Part shown: positions 1-12,206 of the stretch, piece after piece
Numbering within the stretch: the stretch's first letter is position 1
Layout: each line of letters starts with the position of its first letter
Assembly: GCA_964016885.1 (NCBI GenBank)
Contig: OZ024744.1
Span: forward strand, 119,040,001 to 119,104,000
Direction of reading: 5' to 3'
Length of the DNA: 64,000 nucleotides
DNA from: Eledone cirrhosa
Lineage: Eukaryota
Notes under the pieces: model-generated
Seen by the model: only the letters and a program-made list of their open reading frames with translations
The model's database searches: none
What the model was told of the DNA's origin: nothing
Program-made: the position numbers and the translations under genes

Positions 1-28
1 TTCTGGCCTTGTGCCAATAGTAGAAACA
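1..28 (+). mobile_element. 3' end of the SINE-like element, truncated by the window start
   Basis: Identical to 4190-4217 (TTCTGGCCTTGTGCCAATAGTAGAAACA) and followed by the same junction ATTATTACTGTAACAATTGAC. Confidence 0.85.
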
Positions 29-3000
29 ATTATTACTGTAACAATTGACTTGGTGTTACTAACATTATTACTGTAACAACTGACTAATGTTACTAACATT
101 ATTACTGTAACAACTGACTAATGGTACTAACATTATTACTGTAACAACTGACTTGGTGTTACTAACGTTATTACTGTAACAACTGACTTGGTGTTACTAA
201 CATTATTACTGTAACAACTGACTTGGTGTTACTAACATTATTACCGTAACAACTGACTTGGTGTTACTAACATTATTACTGTAACAACTGACCTGGTGTT
301 ACTAACATTATTACTGTAACAACTGACTTGGTGTTACTAACATTATTACTGTAACAACTGACTTGGTGTTACTAACATTATTACTGTAACAACTGACTAA
401 TGTTACTAACATTATTACTGTAACAACTGACTTGGTGTTACTAACATTATTACTGTAACAACTGACTTGGTGTTACTAACATTATTACTGTAACAACTGA
501 CTTGGTGTTACTAACATTATTACTGTAACAACTGACTTGGTGTTACTAACATTATTACTGTAACAACTGACTAATGTTACTAACATTATTACTGTAACAA
601 CTGACTTGGTGTTACTAACATTATTACTGTAACAACTGACTTGGTGTTACTAACATTATTACTGTAACAACTGACTTGGTGTTACTAACATTATTACTGT
701 AACAACTAACTAATGTTACAAACATTATTACTGTAACAACTGACTAATGTTACTAACATTATTACTGTAACAAATGACTAATGTTACTAACATTATTACT
801 CTAACAACTGACTAATGTTACTAACATTATTACTGTAACAACTGACTAATGTTACTAACATTATTACTGTAACAACTGACTTGGTGTTACTAACATTATT
901 ACTGTAACTACTAACTAATGTTACTAACATTATTACTGTAACAACTGACTTGGTGTTACTAACATTACTACTGTAACAACTGACTTGGTGTTACTAACAT
1001 TATTACTGTAACAACTGACTAATGTTACTAACATTATTACTGTTACGACTGACTTGGTGTTACTAACATTATTACTGTAACAACTGACTAATGCTACTAA
1101 CATTATTACTGTAACAATTGACTTGGTGTTACTAACATTATTACTGTAACAACTGACATGGTGTTACTAACATTATTACTGTAAAAACTGACTAATGTTA
1201 CTAACATTATTACTGTAACAACTGACTAATGTTACTAACATTGTTACTGTAACAAATGACTAATGTTACTAACATTATTACTGTAACAACTGACTAATGT
1301 TACTAACATTATTACTGTAACAACTGACTAATGTTACTAACATTATTACCGTAACTACTGACTTGGTGTTACTAACATTATTATTGTAACTACTAACTAA
1401 TGTTATTAACATTATTACTGTAACAACTGACTTGGTGTTACTAACATTATTACTGTAAAAACTGACTTGGTGTTACTAACATTATTACTGTAACAACTGA
1501 CTAAAGTTACTAACATTATTACTGTAACAACTGACTTGGTGTTACTAACATTATTACTGTAACAACTGACTTGGTGTTACTAACATTATTACTGTAACAA
1601 CTGACTAATGTTACTAACATTATTACTGTAACAACTGACTAGGTGTTACTAACTTTATTACTGTAACAACTGACTTGGTGTTACTAACGTTATTACTGTA
1701 ACAACTGACTTGGTGTTACTAACATTATTACTGTAACAACTGACCTGGTGTTACTAACATTATTACTGTAACAACTGACTTGGTGTTACTAACATTATTA
1801 CTGTAACAACTGACTTGGTGTTACAAACATTATTACTGTAACAACTGACTAATGTTACTAACATTATTACTGTAACAACTGACTTGGTGTTACTAACATT
1901 ATTACTGTAACAACTGACTTGGTGTTACTAACATTATTACTGTAACAACTGACTTGGTGTTACTAACATTATTACTGTAACAACTTACTAATGTTACTAA
2001 CATTATTACTGTAACAACTGACTTCGTGTTACTAACATTATTACTGTAACAACTGACTAATGTTACTAACATTATTACTGTAACAACTGACTAATGTTAC
2101 TAACATTATTACTGTAACAACTGATTAATGTTACTAACATTTTTACTGTAATAACTGACTTGGTGTTACTAACATTATTACTGTAAAAACTGACTTGGTG
2201 TTACTAACATTATTACTGTAACAACTGACTAAAGTTACTAACATTATTACTGTAACAACTGACTTGGTGTTACTAACATTATTACTGTAACAACTGACTT
2301 GGTGTTACTAACATTATTACTGTAACAACTGACTAATGTTACTAACATTATTACTGTAACAACTGACTTGGTGTTACTAACTTTATTACTGTAACAACTG
2401 ACTTGGTGTTACTAACGTTATTACTGTAACAACTGACTTGGTGTTACTAACATTATTACTGTAACAACTGACTTGGTGTTACTAACATTATTACTGTAAC
2501 AACTGACTTGGTGTTACTAACATTATTACTGTAACAACTGACTTGGTATTACTTACATTATTACTATAACAACTGACTTGGTGTTACTAACATTATTACT
2601 GTAACAACTGACTAATGTTACCTACATTATTACTGTAACAATTAACTTGGTGTTACTAACATTATTACTGTAACAACTGACTAATGTTACTAACATTATT
2701 ACTGTAACAACTGACTTGGTGTTACTAACATTATTACTGTAACAACTGACTAATGTTACTAACATTATTACTGTAACAACTGACTAATGTTACTAACATT
2801 ATTACTCTAACAACTGACTAATGTTACTAACATTATTACTGTAACAACTGACTAATGTTACTAACATTATTACTGTAACAACTGACTAATGTTACTAACA
2901 TTATTACTGTAACAACTGACTTGGTGTTACTAACATTATTACTGTAACAACTGACTTGGTGTTACTAACATTATTACTGTAACAACTGACTTGGTGTTAC

Positions 3001-4041
3001 TAACATTATTACTGTAACAACTGACTAATGTTACTAACATTATTACTGTAACACCTGACTTGGTGTTACTAACATTATTACTGTAACAACTGACTTGCTG
3101 TTACTAACATTATTACTGTAAAAACTGACTTGGTGTTACTAACATTATTACTGTAACAACTGGCTAATGTTACTAACATTATTACTGTAACAACTGACTA
3201 ATGTTACTAACATTATTACTGTAACAACTGACTTGCTGTTACTAACATTATTACTGTAACAACTGACTTGCTGTTACTAACATTATTACTGTAACAACTG
3301 ACTTGGTGTTACTAACATTATTACTGTAACAACTGACTTGCTGTTACTAACATTATTACTGTAACAATTGACTTGGTGTTACTAACATTATTACTGTAAC
3401 AACTGACTAATGTTACTAATATTATTACTGTAACAATTGCCTTGGTGTTACTAACATTATTACTGTAACAACTGACTAATGTTACTAACATTATTACTGT
3501 AACAACTGACTAATGTTACTAACATTATTACTGTAACAACTGACTAATGTTACTAACATTATTACTGTAACAACTAACTAATGTTACTAACATTATTACT
3601 GTAACAATTGACTTGGTGTTACTAACATTATTACTGTAACAACTGACTAATGTTACTAACATTATTACTGTAACAACTGACTAATGGTACTAACATTATT
3701 ACTGTAACAATATACTTGGTGTTACTAACATTATTACTGTAACAATATACTTGGTGTTACTAACATTATTACTGTAACAACTGACTAATGTTACTAATAT
3801 TATTACTGTAACAATTGACTTGGTGTTACTAACATTATTACTGTAACAACTGACTAATGTTACTAACATTATTACTGTAACAACTGACTAATGTTACTAA
3901 CATTATTACTGTAACAACTGACTAATGTTACTAACATTATTACTGTAACAACTGACTTGGTGTTACTAACATTATTACCGTAACAACTGACTTGGTGTTA
4001 CTAACATTATTACTGTAACAACTGACCTGGTGGAGGTGGAT

Positions 4042-4053
4042 TGGCAGTATCGG
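4042..4053 (+). promoter_or_regulatory. Pol III internal promoter A-box-like motif (SINE copy 1)
   Basis: TGGCAGTATCGG lies ~10 nt from the element start and approximately matches the TRGCNNARYNNG consensus. Confidence 0.6.
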
Positions 4054-4106
4054 TAGAGGGTCGGACGCCATGCTTTGATGCATAGAGTTACGGCCCTTGC
4101 TATTCT

Positions 4107-4118
4107 GAGTTCAAATCC
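4107..4118 (+). promoter_or_regulatory. Pol III internal promoter B box (SINE copy 1)
   Basis: GAGTTCAAATCC matches the GTTCRANNC B-box consensus. Confidence 0.75.
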
Positions 4119-7100
4119 CGCCGAGGTTAACTTTGCCTTTCATCCTTACGGGGTCGATAAAATAAAGTACCAGTAATGTACTGGGTAATTTCTGGCCTTG
4201 TGCCAATAGTAGAAACAATTATTACTGTAACAATTGACTTGGTGTTACTAACATTATTACTGTAACAACTGACTAATGTTACTAACATTATTACTGTAAC
4301 AACTGACTAATGGTACTAACATTATTACTGTAACAACTGACTTGGTGTTACTAACGTTATTACTGTAACAACTGACTTGGTGTTACTAACATTATTACTG
4401 TAACAACTGACCTGGTGTTACTAACATTATTACTGTAACAACTGACTTGGTGTTACTAACATTATTACTGTAACAACTGACTTGGTGTTACTAACATTAT
4501 TACTGTAACAACTGACTAATGTTACTAACATTATTACTGTAACAACTGACTTGGTGTTACTAACATTATTACTGTAACAACTGACTTGGTGTTACTAACA
4601 TTATTACTGTAACAACTGACTTGGTGTTACTAAGATTATTACTGTAACAACTGACTTGGTGTTACTAACATTATTACTGTAACAACTGACTAATGTTACT
4701 CACATTATTACTGTAACAACTGACTTGGTGTTACTAACATTATTACTGTAACAACTGACTTGGTGTTACTAACATTATTACTGTAACAACTGACTTGGTG
4801 TTACTAACATTATTACTGTAACAACTGACTAATGTTACTAACATTATTACTGTAACAACTGACTTGGTGTTACTAACATTATTACTGTAACAACTGACTA
4901 ATGTTACTAACATTATTACTGTAACAACTGACTAATGTTACTAACATTATTACTGTAACAACTGACTTGGTGTTACTAACATTATTACTGTAACAACTGA
5001 CTAATGTTACTAACATTTTTACTGTAATAACTGACTTGGTGTTACTAACATTATTACTGTAACAACTGACTTGGTGTTACTAACATTATTACTGTAACAA
5101 CTGACTTGGTGTTACTAACATTATTACTGTAACAACTGACTTGGTGTTACTTACATTATTACTGTAACAACTGACTTGGTGTTACTAACATTATTACTGT
5201 AACAACTGACTAATGTTACCTACATTATTACTGTAACAACTGACTAATGTTACTAACATTATTACTGTAACAACTGTCTTGGTGTTACTAACATTATTAC
5301 TGTAACAACTGACTTGGTGTTACTAACATTATTACTGTAACAACTGACTAATGTTACTAACATTATTACTGTAACAACTGACTAATGTTACTAACATTAT
5401 TACTGTAACAACTGACTTGGTGTTACTAACATTATTACTGTAACAACTGACTTGGTGTTACTAACATTATTACTGTAACAACTGACTTGGTGTTACTAAC
5501 ATTATTACTGTAACAACTGACTAATGTTACTAACATTATTACTGTAACAACTGACTAATGTTACTAACATTATTACTGTAACCACTGACTAATGTTACTA
5601 ACATTATTACTGTAACAACTGACTTGGTGTTACTAACATTATTACTGTAACAACTGACTTGGTGTTACTAACATTGTTACTGTAACCACTGACTAATGTT
5701 ACTAACATTATTACTGTAACAACTGACTTGGTGTTACTAACATTATTACTGTAACAACTGACTTGGTGTTACTAACATTATTACTGTAACAACTGACTTG
5801 GTGTTATTAACATTATTACTGTAACAACTGACTTGGTGTTACTAACATTATTACTGTAACAACTGACTAATGTTACTAACATTATTACTGTAACCACTGA
5901 CTAATGTTACTAACATTATTACTGTAACAACTGACTTGGTGTTACTAACATTATTACTGTAACAACTGACTTGGTGTTACTAACATTATTACTGTAACCA
6001 CTGACTAATGTTACTAACATTATTACTGTAACAACTGACTTGGTGTTACTAACATTATTACTGTAACAACTGACATGGTGTTACTAACATTATTACTGTA
6101 ACAACTGACTAATGTTACTAACATTATTACTGTAACAACTGACTTGGTGTTACTAACATTATTACTGTAACAACTGACTTGGTGTTACTAACATTATTAC
6201 TGTAACAACTGACTAATGTTACTAACGTTATTACTGTAACAACTGACTTGGTGTTACTAACATTATTACTGTAACAACTGACTTGGTGTTACTAACATTA
6301 TTACTGTAACAACTGCCTAATGTTACTAACATTATTACTGTAACAACTGCCTAATGTTACTAACATTATTACTGTAACAAATGACTTGGTGTTACTAACA
6401 TTATTACTGTAACAACTGACTTGCTGTTACTAACATTATTACTGTAACAATTGACTTGGTGTTACTAACATGATTACTGTAACAACTGACTAATGTTACT
6501 AACATTATTACTGTAACAACTGACTAATGGAACTAACATTATTACTGTAACAACTGACTTGGTGTCACTAACATTATTACTTTAACAACTGACTTGGTGT
6601 TACTAACATTATTACTGTAACAACTGACTAATGTTACTAACATTATTACTGTAACAACTGACTAATGTTACAAACATTATTACTGTAACAACTGACTAAT
6701 GTTACTAACATTATTACTGTAACAAATGACTAATGTTACTAACATTATTACTCTAACAACTGACTAATGTTACTAACATTATTACTGTAACTACTAACTA
6801 ATGTTACTAACATTATTACTGTAACAACTGACTTGGTGTTACTAACATTACTACTGTAACAACTGACTTGGTGTTACTAACATTATTACTGTAACAACTG
6901 ACTAATGTTACTAACATTATTACTGTTACAACTGACTTGGTGTTACTAACATTATTACTGTAACAACTGACTTGGTGTTACTTACATTATTACTGTAACA
7001 ACTGACTTGGTGTTACTAACATTATTACTGTAACAACTGACTAATGCTACTAACATTATTACTGTAACAACTGACTTGGTGTTACTAACATTATTAATGT

Positions 7101-10100
7101 AACAATTGACTTGGTGTTACTAACATTATTACTGTAACAACTGACTTGGTGTTACTAACATTATTACTGTAAAAACTGACTAATGTTACTAACATTATTA
7201 CTGTAACAACTGACTAATGGTACTAACATTATTACTGTAACAACTGACTTGGTGTCACTAACATTATTACTGTAACAACTGACTTGGTGTTACTAACATT
7301 ATTACTGTAACAACTGACTAATGTTATTAACATTATTACTGTAACAACTGACTAATGTTACTAACATTATTACTGTAACAAATGACTAATGTTACTAACA
7401 TTATTACTGTAACAACTGACTAATGTTACTAACATTATTACTGTAACAACTGACTAATGTTACTAACATTATTACTGTAACAACTGACTTGGTGTTACTA
7501 ACATTATTATTGTAACTACTAACTAATGTTACTAACATTATTACTGTAACAACTGACTTGGTGTTACTAACATTATTACTGTAAAAACTGACTTGGTGTT
7601 ACTAACATTATTACTGTAACAACTGACTAAAGTTACTAACATTATTACTGTAACAACTGACTTGGTGTTACTAACATTATTACTGTAACAACTGACTTGG
7701 TGTTACTAACATTATTACTGTAACAACTGACTAATGTTACTAACATTATTACTGTAACAACTGACTTGGTGTTACTAACTTTATTACTGTAACAACTGAC
7801 TTGGTGTTACTTACATTATTACTGTAACAACTGACTTGGTGTTACTAACATTATTACTGTAACAACTGACTAATGTTTCCTACATTATTACTGTAACAAT
7901 TGACTTGGTGTTACTAACATTATTACTGTAACAACTGACTAATGTTACTAACATTATTACTGTAACAACTGACTAATGTTACTAACATTATTACTGTAAC
8001 AACTGACTTGGTGTTACTTACATTATTACTGTAACAACTGACTTGGTGTTACTAACATTATTACTGTAACAACTGACTTGGTGTTACTAACATTATTACT
8101 GTAACAACTGACTAATGTTACTAACATTATTACTGTAACAACTGACTTGGTGTTACTAACATTATTACTGTAACAACTGACTTGGTGTTACTAACATTAT
8201 TACTGTAACAACTGACTAATGTTACTAACGTTATTACTGTAACAACTGACTTGGTGTTACTAACATTATTACTGTAACAACTGACTTGGTGTTACTAATA
8301 TTATTACTGTAACAACTGCCTAATGTTACTAACATTATTACTGTAACAACTGCCTAATGTTACTAACATTATTACTGTAACAAATGACTTGGTGTTACTA
8401 ACATTATTACTGTAACAACTGACTTGCTGTTACTAACATTATTACTGTAACAATTGACTTGGTGTTACTAACATGATTACTGTAACAACTGACTAATGTT
8501 ACTAACATTATTACTGTAACAACTGACTAATGGTACTAACATTATTACTGTAACAACTGACTTGGTGTCACTAACATTATTACTTTAACAACTGACTTGG
8601 TGTTACTAACATTATTACTGTAACAACTGACTAATGTTACTAACATTATTACTGTAACAACTGACTAATGTTACAAACATTATTACTGTAACAACTGACT
8701 AATGTTACTAACATTATTACTGTAACAAATGACTAATGTTACTAACATTATTACTCTAACAACTGACTAATGTTACTAACATTATTACTGTAACTACTAA
8801 CTAATGTTACTAACATTATTACTGTAACAACTGACTTGGTGTTACTAACATTACTACTGTAACAACTGACTTGGTGTTACTAACATTATTACTGTAACAA
8901 CTGACTAATGTTACTAACATTATTACTGTTACAACTGACTTGGTGTTACTAACATTATTACTGTAACAACTGACTTGGTGTCACTAACATTATTACTTTA
9001 ACAACTGACTTGGTGTTACTAACATTATTACTGTAACAACTGACTAATGTTACTAACATTATTACTGTAACAACTGACTAATGTTACAAACATTATTACT
9101 GTAACAACTGACTAATGTTACTAACATTATTACTGTAACAAATGACTAATGTTACTAACATTATTACTCTAACAACTGACTAATGTTACTAACATTATTA
9201 CTGTAACTACTAACTAATGTTACTAACATTATTACTGTAACAACTGACTTGGTGTTACTAACATTACTACTGTAACAACTGACTTGGTGTTACTAACATT
9301 ATTACTGTAACAACTGACTAATGTTACTAACATTATTACTGTTACAACTGACTTGGTGTTACTAACATTATTACTGTAACAACTGACTTGGTGTTACTAA
9401 CATTATTACTGTAAAAACTGACTAATGTTACTAACATTATTACTGTAACAACTGACTAATGGTACTAACATTATTACTGTAACAACTGACTTGGTGTCAC
9501 TAACATTATTACTGTAACAACTGACTTGGTGTTACTAACATTATTACTGTAACAACTGACTAATGTTATTAACATTATTACTGTAACAACTGACTAATGT
9601 TACTAACATTATTACTGTAACGAATGACTAATGTTACTAACATTATTACTGTAACAACTGACTAATGTTACTAACATTATTACTGTAACAACTGACTAAT
9701 GTTACTAACATTATTACTGTAACAACTGACTTGGTGTTACTAACATTATTATTGTAACTACTAACTAATGTTACTAACATTATTACTGTAACAACTGACT
9801 TGGTGTTACTAACATTATTACTGTAAAAACTGACTTGGTGTTACTAACATTATTACTGTAACAACTGACTAAAGTTACTAACATTATTACTGTAACAACT
9901 GACTTGGTGTTACTAACATTATTACTGTAACAACAGACTTGGTGTTACTAACATTATTACTGTAACAACTGACTAATGTTACTAACATTATTACTGTAAC
10001 AACTGACTTGGTGTTACTAACTTTATTACTGTAACAACTGACTTGGTGTTACTTACATTATTACTGTAACAACTGACTTGGTGTTACTAACATTATTACT

Positions 10101-12129
10101 GTAACAACTGACTAATGTTTCCTACATTATTACTGTAACAATTGACTTGGTGTTACTAACATTATTACTGTAACAACTGACTAATGTTACTAACATTATT
10201 ACTGTAACAACTGACTAATGTTACTAACATTATTACTGTAACAACTGACTTGGTGTTACTTACATTATTACTGTAACAACTGACTTGGTGTTACTAACAT
10301 TATTACTGTAACAACTGACTTGGTGTTACTAACATTATTACTGTAACAACTGACTAATGTTACTAACATTATTACTGTAACAACTGACTAATGTTACTAA
10401 CGTTATTACTGTAACAACTGACTTGGTGTTACTAACATTATTACTGTAACAACTGACTTGGTGTTACTAACGTTATTACTGTAAAAACTGACTTGGTGTT
10501 ACTAACATTATTACTGTAACAACTGACTTGGTGTTACTAACATTATTACTGTAACAACTGACTTGGTGTTACTAACATTATTACTGTAACAACTGACTAA
10601 TGTTACTAACATTATTACTGTAACAACTGAGTTGGTGTTACTAACATTATTACTGTAACAACTGACTTGGTGTTACTAACATTATTACTGTAACAACTGA
10701 CTTGGTGTTACTAACATTATTACTGTAACAACTGACTAATGTTACTAACCTTATTACTGTAACAATGGACTTGGTGTTACTAACATTATTACTGTAACAA
10801 CTGACTAATGTTACTAACATTATTACTGTAACAACTGACTAATGTTACTAACATTATTACTGTAACAACTGATTAATGTTACTAACATTTTTACTGTAAT
10901 AACTGACTTGGTGTTACTAACATTATTACTGTAACAACTGACTTGGTGTTACTAACATTATTACTGTAACAACTGACTTGGTGTTACTTACATTATTACT
11001 GTAACAACTAACTTGGTATTATTTACATTATTACTATAACAACTGACTTGGTGTTACTAACATTATTACTGTAACAACTGACTAATGTTACCTACATTAT
11101 TACTGTAACAATTAACTTGGTGTTACTAACATTATTACTGTAACAACTGACTAATGTTACTAACATTATTACTGTAACAACTGACTTGGTGTTACTAACA
11201 TTATTACTGTAACAACTGACTAATGTTACTAACATTATTACTGTAACAACTGACTAATGTTACTAACATTATTACTCTAACAACTGACTAATGTTACTAA
11301 CATTATTACTGTAACAACTGACTAATGTTACTAACATTATTACTGTAACAACTGACTAATGTTACTAACATTATTACTGTAACAACTGACTTGGTGTTAC
11401 TAACATTATTACTGTAACAACTGACTTCGTGTTACTAACATTATTACTGTAACAACTGACTAATGTTACTAACGTTATTACTGTAACAACTGACTTGGTG
11501 TTACTAACATTATTACTGTAACAACTGACTTGGTGTTACTAACATTATTACTGTAACAACTGCCTAATGTTACTAACATTATTACTGTAACAACTGCCTA
11601 ATGTTCCTAACATTATTACTGTAACAACTGACTTGGTGTTACTAACATTATTACTGTAACAACTGACTTGCTGTTACTAACATTATTACTGTAACAATTG
11701 ACTTGGTGTTACTAACATGATTACTGTAACAACTGACTAATGTTACTAACATTATTACTGTAACAACTGACTAATGGTACTAACATTATTACTGTAACAA
11801 CTGACTAATGTTACTAACATTATTACTGTAACAACTGACTAATGGTACTAACATTATTACTGTAACAACTGACTAATGTTACTAATATTATTACTGTAAC
11901 AATTGACTTGGTGTTACTAACATTATTACTGTAACAACTGACTAATGTTACTAACATTATTACTGTAACAACTGACTAATGTTACTAACATTATTACTGT
12001 AACAACTGACTAATGTTACTAACATTATTACTGTAACAACTGACTTGGTGTTACTAACATTATTACCGTAACAACTGACTTGGTGTTACTAACATTATTA
12101 CTGTAACAACTGACCTGGTGGAGGTGGAT

Positions 12130-12141
12130 TGGCAGTATCGG
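12130..12141 (+). promoter_or_regulatory. Pol III A-box-like motif (SINE copy 2)
   Basis: TGGCAGTATCGG, identical to copy 1. Confidence 0.6.
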
Positions 12142-12194
12142 TAGAGGGTCGGACGCCATGCTTTGATGCATAGAGTTACGGCCCTTGCTATTCT

Positions 12195-12206
12195 GAGTTC
12201 AAATCC
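12195..12206 (+). promoter_or_regulatory. Pol III B box (SINE copy 2)
   Basis: GAGTTCAAATCC, identical to copy 1. Confidence 0.75.

Larger units (their letters stand above)
4032..4217 (+). mobile_element. tRNA-derived SINE-like element, copy 1 (resembles Octopus SINEs with a Meta/MESC-like domain)
   Basis: Seen: non-satellite ~186 bp with a GG start, A-box-like TGGCAGTATCGG, B-box GAGTTCAAATCC, central GCCTTTCATCCTTACGGGGTCGATAAAATAAAGTACCAG, a hairpin CCAGTA-atg-TACTGG (4170-4184) and an end running into ATTATTA. The family resemblance is from recall, not a database search. Confidence 0.85.

Noticed and set aside
4032-4125. Functional tRNA gene
   Set aside because: A/B boxes are present, but the bases flanking TTCAAAT (CTGAG / CCCGC) do not form a T stem, no cloverleaf is evident, and a SINE-like body follows.
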